33,481 nucleotides of DNA, from assembly GCA_964647565.1 (NCBI GenBank), contig CAZYIM010000032.1, forward strand, positions 1-33,481. The letters are read 5' to 3'. Shown here piece by piece: positions 27,410 to 33,481 of this stretch. Positions within the stretch are counted from its first letter, which is position 1. The number at the start of each line of letters is the position of its first letter. The notes beneath the pieces are model-generated. The model ran no database searches. It saw nothing but the letters and a program-made list of their open reading frames with translations, and had not been told where the DNA came from. This DNA comes from an uncultured Methanosarcinales archaeon. Lineage in GTDB: Archaea > Nanobdellota > Nanobdellia > Woesearchaeales > CAZYIM01. The translations under genes and the position numbers were made by a program.

Positions 27410-27871
27410 ATGAAAATTGATGAATTCAATCTTAATGATATAGTCGGCAATGAAAAAGTGATTGGCTTCGTAACTCAAATATCTAAGAAAAAGGTTAAAC
27501 TTAGCCCGATTGCAGAAGAAACCAATCGGAAGAAAGCAGCTTGGTACAATATAAAAGAGCTAGAGCAATATTCACCAACAGAACCAATCCAACAAAGAAA
27601 GGAAATAACTCTAGGCATGCCTATTTTAGTAATGAGGCCAGGCCCAAATATCTGTGGCTATATATTAGAGATAACTGAAAAGATAAAGAAATCCGGCAGA
27701 GATAGCCAACTTGCCCTGACCATATCAGGCGCGAGCTTAAAAAAAGCGGGCAGCATATATGAAATTAATCTGGCCAATAATGACCAATTATATAATTTGA
27801 ATGTTCCAACTACGTTTGACACAAAAAAGCCAACAAGGCCAGAAATAGAACAGGCAGCTAACAAACTATAG
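27410..27871 (+). CDS. Hypothetical protein
   Basis: ATG at 27410 after a GGGTGA RBS-like sequence; ORF fills the gap before secF. Confidence 0.6.
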   Translation: MKIDEFNLNDIVGNEKVIGFVTQISKKKVKLSPIAEETNRKKAAWYNIKELEQYSPTEPIQQRKEITLGMPILVMRPGPNICGYILEITEKIKKSGRDSQLALTISGASLKKAGSIYEINLANNDQLYNLNVPTTFDTKKPTRPEIEQAANKL

Positions 27872-27939
27872 CTCGTTGTTACTATTATTTACGAATCTAA
27901 CCTAAAAATTTATAAATTAATTTAAAACCTCACCTTTCT

Positions 27940-28959
27940 ATGGGTAAACTTTCACGAAGGCAGAGAAGACTAGAAACGCTCAAACGTATGAGATCTTCAA
28001 GAGAACATGCAATAAATGAGCCTGAAGAAGATCAAAAGGCTATAGAAGAGCGAAGACTAGCAAAACGTCATGGAAATAATAAATTTCTCAAATTTTATGA
28101 CACGCAGTATAGAAAACTGCTGTTCATCCCGATAATCATGCTAGTTGTGGCCATCCTACTAATAGGTATTCAAACTGCAACCACAGGTGACTTTGTGAAT
28201 AAAGGCGTCTCATTAAAGGGAGGCCTTACCATGACCATTGTCACAGATGAATATATTGATGTTGATGAACTTCAGATATATCTTTCGCAACAATTCCCTA
28301 CAGCAGATATATCCGCGAGAGCTATTTCTGAACTAGGAAAAACTCAAGGAATTCTCATAGACGCCTCATTAGAAGTCAATGAGACCGAGCTGATTACCGC
28401 TCTAAAACCAAGAATTGACGATATTGAAAACAAGATATCTGTTGAATTCATCGGACCTGTACTTGGAGATGCTTTCTTTAAGCAAACCATCTTTGCAATG
28501 CTTATTGCTTTTGTCTGTATGGGTATAGTTGTTTTCGCATACTTCAAAACCCTGGTACCCAGCGGAGCAGTTATTCTGGCTGCATTCTCAGATATCGTTG
28601 TCACATTAGCTGTTGTCAACTTGATAGGTATGAAAATGACTACAGGAGGTATAGCAGCCTTCCTTATGTTGATAGGATACAGTGTAGACACAGACATCCT
28701 ACTTACCAGTCGAGTTTTAAAAAGAAAGGTAGGCACTATCTTTGAAAGAATAATAAGTGCAATGAAAACAGGTCTTACCATGAATGTAACCACCATGGCA
28801 GCTATAATAGTTGCAATGGTATTCACCAGTTCTGAGAGCATCAGACAGATCATGACCATACTATTAATAGGTCTTTTGGCAGACATAATCAATACATGGC
28901 TTCAAAATGCAGCCATCATAAGATGGTACGCAGAGAAAAAAAAGCCTGAATCAAAATGA
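27940..28959 (+). CDS. secF: Protein translocase subunit SecF
   Basis: GVSLKGG, IGPVLG, FSDI, IAAFLMLIGYSVDTDILLT, LIGLLADIINTWLQNA. Confidence 0.93.
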   Translation: MGKLSRRQRRLETLKRMRSSREHAINEPEEDQKAIEERRLAKRHGNNKFLKFYDTQYRKLLFIPIIMLVVAILLIGIQTATTGDFVNKGVSLKGGLTMTIVTDEYIDVDELQIYLSQQFPTADISARAISELGKTQGILIDASLEVNETELITALKPRIDDIENKISVEFIGPVLGDAFFKQTIFAMLIAFVCMGIVVFAYFKTLVPSGAVILAAFSDIVVTLAVVNLIGMKMTTGGIAAFLMLIGYSVDTDILLTSRVLKRKVGTIFERIISAMKTGLTMNVTTMAAIIVAMVFTSSESIRQIMTILLIGLLADIINTWLQNAAIIRWYAEKKKPESK

Positions 28960-30662
28960 GCAATCTCAAGAAACTATATAAAAATGTAAGGATCATTGTC
29001 TTAGTTGTATTCCTAGTACTCGCTCTATTTGCAATAAGACCTGATCCCTGGACTGAAGGTGTTGCTATCAGATCAGTTATCCAAAACAGCTCAGCGGCTC
29101 TTGCAGGTTTAGAAAACCCACCACCAGGAAGAGCACCCATGGATAGGGAAAAAATAGAAACCATAAACAACATACCAATTAAAACAGTAGAAGACTTTTA
29201 TGATTTCACAGCAAGCCTGACCTATAACAGGAGTTTTGTGGTCAGGACCAATAAAGGCACATACAGGTTAACTACCAAACCACTCTATGAAGTAACTATT
29301 CTCAACGAGACAGAGTTGGTTAACGTAACCAATGAAGTTTACAACGAAACTACCAATGAAACAATCAACGTCACAGAGACTATAGAAGTACAAAAAATCA
29401 AAAAAGACATCATAGGTATGGAAGATATAGGCTTGAATATTTATGAGGCCCCAACAAGTAATATTGTACTTGGCCTCGATCTTGCAGGAGGTACACGAGT
29501 AATCCTAAAGCCTGCTGAAAAGGTATCTAACACAGAGATGGAGATTGTCCTTGAAAACATAAAGGAAAGGCTTAATGTCTTTGGATTAAGCGATATCTCA
29601 GTCAGATCAGTCAATGATCTAACAGGTGACAAATTTGTATTGGTTGAGATACCCGGAGCCAATAAGGAAGAAGTCAAAGAGCTGCTATCTAAACAGGGCA
29701 AGTTCGAAGCAAGAATATCCAATCAGACTGTTTTTGCAGGCGGTAAAAAAGATATTACCAGCATTTGCAGATCTGCTGACTGTTCAGGAATCGATCCAAG
29801 AGCTGGCTGCGGTAAGAATGGTGACCAGTGGGCTTGCAGGTTCTATTTCTCGATATCCATTAGCCAAGAAGCTGCTGAAACACATGCTGAAGTAACAAAT
29901 AAGCTTGATGTTGTGATTGAAGATGGCAAAGAGTATCTTAATGAATCTATCTACCTATATCTTGATGATGTAGAGGTGGACATGCTCAGAATAGGTGCTG
30001 AACTAAAAGGCAATGTAGTCACAGACATCCAGATATCAGGTTCAGGAAGTGGTCTCACAGAACAAGAAGCCATGTTCAATGCTCTTGAAAACATGAAGAG
30101 AATGCAGACAGTCCTCGAGACAGGTAGCCTGCCTGTGAAGCTTGAGATTGTAAAGACAGATACCATATCACCTCTTCTTGGAAAAGAGTTCATAAGAAAC
30201 GCTATCATGATAGGTCTCCTGTCAATAGCTGCAGTCGTCATAGTAGTCTTCATAAGATATAGAAGAGCAGTCATCTCATTACCAATGATCATCACAATGG
30301 GAAGTGAAGCAATCATACTTCTTGGATTTGCAGCCCTAATCAGATGGCGAATAGACCTAGCTGCAATCGCAGGTATAATTATAGCCATAGGTACTGGTGT
30401 TGATCACCAGATCGTCATAGCTGATGAAACCTTTAAGGGTGCTAAGACAGCCTATCTCAGCTGGAAGGACAAGCTAAAGAGAGCATTCTTCATAATCATG
30501 GGAGCCTACTTCACCACGGTAGTTGCAATGGTGCCATTACTATTGGCGGGAGCAGGACTTATCAAAGGCTTTGCAATCACAACCATAATCGGTGTTTCAA
30601 TAGGCGTCTTTGTAACAAGACCTGCCTATGCTGCAATCATAGAGATATTGGGAAAAGATTAA
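28956..30662 (+). CDS. secD: Protein translocase subunit SecD
   Basis: LGLDLAGG, ERLNVFG, VEIPG, GSLPVKL, SPLLG, IAGIIIAIGTGVDHQIVI, KGFAITTIIG, TRPAY. Confidence 0.93.
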   Translation: MSNLKKLYKNVRIIVLVVFLVLALFAIRPDPWTEGVAIRSVIQNSSAALAGLENPPPGRAPMDREKIETINNIPIKTVEDFYDFTASLTYNRSFVVRTNKGTYRLTTKPLYEVTILNETELVNVTNEVYNETTNETINVTETIEVQKIKKDIIGMEDIGLNIYEAPTSNIVLGLDLAGGTRVILKPAEKVSNTEMEIVLENIKERLNVFGLSDISVRSVNDLTGDKFVLVEIPGANKEEVKELLSKQGKFEARISNQTVFAGGKKDITSICRSADCSGIDPRAGCGKNGDQWACRFYFSISISQEAAETHAEVTNKLDVVIEDGKEYLNESIYLYLDDVEVDMLRIGAELKGNVVTDIQISGSGSGLTEQEAMFNALENMKRMQTVLETGSLPVKLEIVKTDTISPLLGKEFIRNAIMIGLLSIAAVVIVVFIRYRRAVISLPMIITMGSEAIILLGFAALIRWRIDLAAIAGIIIAIGTGVDHQIVIADETFKGAKTAYLSWKDKLKRAFFIIMGAYFTTVVAMVPLLLAGAGLIKGFAITTIIGVSIGVFVTRPAYAAIIEILGKD

Positions 30663-30690
30663 AAAGAGATGATTATTCAGGATATTTCTC

Positions 30691-30763
30691 GGGCCCATAG
30701 TCTAGTGGCTATGACGTCGCCTCGACATGGCGAAGGTCCCCGGTTCGAGTCCGGGTGGGCCCA
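30691..30763 (+). tRNA. tRNA-Val(GAC), no intron, CCA not encoded
   Basis: Acceptor stem GGGCCCA/TGGGCCC, anticodon arm TCGCC-TCGACAT-GGCGA, T-arm CCCGG-TTCGAGT-CCGGG, discriminator A. Confidence 0.95.
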
Positions 30764-30803
30764 TTATATTTCAAGGCTTACGCCAGACTAAAAAAAAACG
30801 CAA

Positions 30804-30938
30804 CGGACTCGAACATCAGCGGAATTCTAACAAATTCCTCGAATTTCAAAACATCCTGTTTTGAAATAGTCCGGGTGAATTGAATTTCACAAAAATTCAA
30901 TTTCTGAGAACCCAAAGTTCCCAGAGGCCCATCATATT
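30804..30938. repeat. Duplicated tRNA 3' end interrupted by palindromes, plus an inverted T-arm copy
   Basis: CGGACTCGAAC (30804-30814) is the reverse complement of tRNA GTTCGAGTCCG. TCGA|GTCCGGGTG|GGCCCATCATATT reappears, split by hairpins. Confidence 0.75.
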
Positions 30939-30941
30939 AAA

Positions 30942-31784
30942 ATGAACGACATAGCTATACAAGATCAAGAATCCTTTGAACAGAAATTAACTAGCATCAA
31001 GAATGCGGGCCCTTCTAATCTGCATGTCATTGCTGATTTTGACAGGACACTTTCTAAAGCTATTGTTGATGGCAACAAGGTTAACACCACATATGCCATC
31101 ATCAGGAATAATAACTATCTAAAACCAGATTATGCCAATAAGGCTCATGCTCTTTTTGACCAATATCATGAATATGAAATATCTGATAGTATAACTGAAG
31201 ATGAAAGAGATTCGAAGATGATAGAGTGGTGGCAGAAGCATATGGAACTGTTGATGGAAGATGGAATGAACCTTAATGTTGTTGAAGATATAATACAAAG
31301 GCATTCGCCCACTATGAGACAAGGTGCAAAAGAGTTCTTCAGGGTACTTTATGAAAAACAAGTTCCATTGTTGATCTTTTCGGCAGGCATCGGCAACCTG
31401 ATTGAAGGTTTTCTGAAGAAAGAAGGCATGTTTTATGATAATGTCCATATCATTGCCAATTTCTATGATTTTGATGAAGAGGGCAATCTGAAGGGATATC
31501 GCTCTAAGATTGTGCACCCTTTCAATAAGAGTGAAGTACAGCTCACCAACACACCCTATTTCAAAGGCATTGCAGAAAGGAAGAATGTCATACTGCTTGG
31601 AGATCTTATTGCTGATCTGGAGATGACCAAGGGTATAGAACATGACACAATCTTAAAGATCGGATTTCTTAATGATAGGATCGAAGAGCAAAAAGAGGTC
31701 TACTCGTCTAGCTTTGATATTGTAATCATGAATGATGGACCGATGGATTATGTTGTGGAAGAAATAATAAAAAAAATAGAATAA
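30942..31784 (+). CDS. Pyrimidine 5'-nucleotidase (UMPH-1/NT5C3-like HAD hydrolase)
   Basis: LHVIADFDRTL, MIEWW, LIFSAGIG, HPFNK, NVILLGD..AD..M, KIGFLN, FDIV..ND. Confidence 0.88.
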   Translation: MNDIAIQDQESFEQKLTSIKNAGPSNLHVIADFDRTLSKAIVDGNKVNTTYAIIRNNNYLKPDYANKAHALFDQYHEYEISDSITEDERDSKMIEWWQKHMELLMEDGMNLNVVEDIIQRHSPTMRQGAKEFFRVLYEKQVPLLIFSAGIGNLIEGFLKKEGMFYDNVHIIANFYDFDEEGNLKGYRSKIVHPFNKSEVQLTNTPYFKGIAERKNVILLGDLIADLEMTKGIEHDTILKIGFLNDRIEEQKEVYSSSFDIVIMNDGPMDYVVEEIIKKIE

Positions 31785-31786
31785 TA

Positions 31787-32623
31787 TCAATACTCGTTCA
31801 TGGTCTTGATGTCACCTTGCACAGATATTATATATTGTTTTATCGGAATCTGTTTCTGTGAATCATTTACTGCTGTCTGGACAATATGCTGTAGTCCAAA
31901 GCAACAGGGCACTTCCATATTCACAAGACCAATGCTCTTGATGTTGTTCTGAGTAAATATGGTTGTTAACTTTTCCTTGTAATGCTCTGCATCGTCAAGT
32001 TTCGGACAACCCATCAACAAAGTCTTACCCTTCAGGAAATCCTGATGGAAGTTGGCATATGCAAAAGGTACACAATCTGCAGCTATTAACAGGTTTGAAT
32101 TGTCAAGATATGGCGCATTAGGAGGCACCAGGTTTAGTTGGACAGGCCATTGTCTTAATTCAGATTCAGCCCTTCCTGCAGGTTCAGCACTTTCTTCCTT
32201 CTTAGAAAAATCCTGTACTGCAGTTCCTGGGCAGCCGCATGCTAATGGCTTCTTCTGATAGTCTGCATGCAAGGGATTGTCAATATTATTTTCTTTTAGA
32301 TATGTAACAGCCTGTTTTAAGATTTCATGCTCTCCATGATCCTTCAGGTGTTCAAGATGTGCTTTAATGGTGTTGGGTCCTTTCTCCACGATTTTCTCCA
32401 TCACCTTCATCTCATCATAGGGCTCTGCTTCCCTTTCTTCAACAGTCATTGCACCTGTTGGACATTCACCTATACATGCGCCCAGACCATCGCAGAAAAG
32501 ATCGCTGACCAACCTTGCTTTGTTGTCAATTATCTGCAGTGCACCTTCTGGACAGGCAGGAATGCAATCTCCACAGCCATTGCAAAGCTCTTCATCAATA
32601 CTAATTATTTTTCTTTTTACCAT
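31787..32623 (-). CDS. FrdX-like 4Fe-4S ferredoxin-domain protein
   Basis: CNGCGDCIPACP and CDGLGACIGECP, CGCPG, QWPVQL, AADC, GCPKLD, MEVPCC. RBS GAGGTGA before the ATG at 32623. Confidence 0.88.
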   Translation of the reverse strand: MVKRKIISIDEELCNGCGDCIPACPEGALQIIDNKARLVSDLFCDGLGACIGECPTGAMTVEEREAEPYDEMKVMEKIVEKGPNTIKAHLEHLKDHGEHEILKQAVTYLKENNIDNPLHADYQKKPLACGCPGTAVQDFSKKEESAEPAGRAESELRQWPVQLNLVPPNAPYLDNSNLLIAADCVPFAYANFHQDFLKGKTLLMGCPKLDDAEHYKEKLTTIFTQNNIKSIGLVNMEVPCCFGLQHIVQTAVNDSQKQIPIKQYIISVQGDIKTMNEY

Positions 32624-32672
32624 TTTTAATTTCACCTCAATAGATATAAAAGGATTTAACTATATTTGATTT

Positions 32673-32692
32673 ATACCGCATATATTCGGTAT
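32673..32692. promoter_or_regulatory. Palindromic operator candidate upstream of the ferredoxin gene
   Basis: ATACCG-N8-CGGTAT in the promoter region. Confidence 0.4.
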
Positions 32693-32736
32693 CTCTTAAG
32701 AGGTTATTACAAACATTCAGTTCAGCCCATTCGTCT

Positions 32737-33342
32737 TCAAAGTTGGTCCAAAGGACTAACAATATTTGCCAGTTCTTTTTTTAGATTTTCTAGATCAGAA
32801 TAAAAGATTGATTTTATACCTAATGATTCAGCAGCATCTGTGTTTCTTTTCATGTTATCAATAAAAATAGTCTCTTCTGGCAATAGTTTCTGCTCTTTTA
32901 GAACAATTTCAAAGAATTCGCTTTGAGGTTTTGCCATACCTAGTTCTCCTGAAACATAGAGTTTATCAAAAGCTTTATCTAAGCCTCCTTTTTTTCTGTA
33001 AATATTCATCCATTCTTCAGATTCATTAGATAAAATTACTACGATAAATCCCTTCTTTCGAAATGAAGATAAATATTCAACAACAGGGGCATAAACTTCC
33101 ATTCTTTCAGTTACTTCATTTCTTATTTTGTTGGCAAGAAGTTCATCTTCTAATTTCTCAGAAATTTCAGACCAATATTTCTCTATTGATTCAGTTCCAA
33201 CTTTAAGAAAAGGCCAATGTTTGGACCAGATTGAAATTGCTAAATCACGTAAAAGACCATTATCTTCAAACACATCTTCAACAATGAGATCTACATCTGT
33301 TCCTATAACACCCCCAAAATCACAAACAATAGCTTTAATCAC
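32737..33342 (-). CDS. HAD-superfamily phosphatase (YihX-like)
   Basis: CDFGGVI (motif I), ILSN, S.ELGMAKP, IFIDN...N..AA..LG. Confidence 0.88.
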   Translation of the reverse strand: MIKAIVCDFGGVIGTDVDLIVEDVFEDNGLLRDLAISIWSKHWPFLKVGTESIEKYWSEISEKLEDELLANKIRNEVTERMEVYAPVVEYLSSFRKKGFIVVILSNESEEWMNIYRKKGGLDKAFDKLYVSGELGMAKPQSEFFEIVLKEQKLLPEETIFIDNMKRNTDAAESLGIKSIFYSDLENLKKELANIVSPLDQL

Positions 33343-33385
33343 ACCTATAAAAAGAGCTGGCCAATATATAAAGTTTTGCTAATAG

Positions 33386-33481
33386 TAGGCTTTGTAGAAA
33401 AAGTGCGTCTGAGCCTAGTCAGGCAATGAATGCGTAAGCATTCTTACCTTGGCCAGGCGTAGCAAATTCTGCAAAGAATTT
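33386..33481. repeat. Multi-hairpin intergenic element (truncated by the window end)
   Basis: TAGGCT/AGCCTA stem, GAATGC-gtaa-GCATTC, TGGCCAGGCG, AAATTCT-gcaa-AGAATTT. Confidence 0.6.

Noticed and set aside
1..33481. CRISPR array, cas genes, rRNA or transposase
   Set aside because: No regularly spaced repeats, rRNA-like segments or transposase motifs were seen.

Overview
AT-rich archaeal chromosome segment, most consistent with a DPANN/Woesearchaeota-type genome (inferred from BRE/TATA promoters about 22-25 nt upstream of leaderless starts, GGAGGT/GAGGTGA ribosome-binding sites, and archaeal MetRS, Taw3, SecDF and AbrB-PhoU regulators). Housekeeping genes: metG, taw3, secF, secD, tRNA-Val(GAC), a Kef-type antiporter, an ABC-2 exporter, a DRG/OBG-like GTPase, two HAD hydrolases and an FrdX-like ferredoxin. 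Most notable: (1) a 1473-aa protein joining an HTH-like motif, an internally duplicated region, a kinase-fold domain and a degenerate tyrosine-recombinase domain; (2) an operon of five paralogous glycine-zipper membrane microproteins divergent from an AbrB-PhoU regulator; (3) a membrane-anchored RelE/BECR-like toxin-domain candidate; (4) recurrent multi-hairpin intergenic elements, including a duplicated tRNA 3' end split by palindrome insertions; (5) a long GTPase leader holding a uORF, a hairpin and a C/D-box k-turn RNA; (6) several small ORFs absent from the ORF track. All calls come from reading motifs by eye; no database searches were run.
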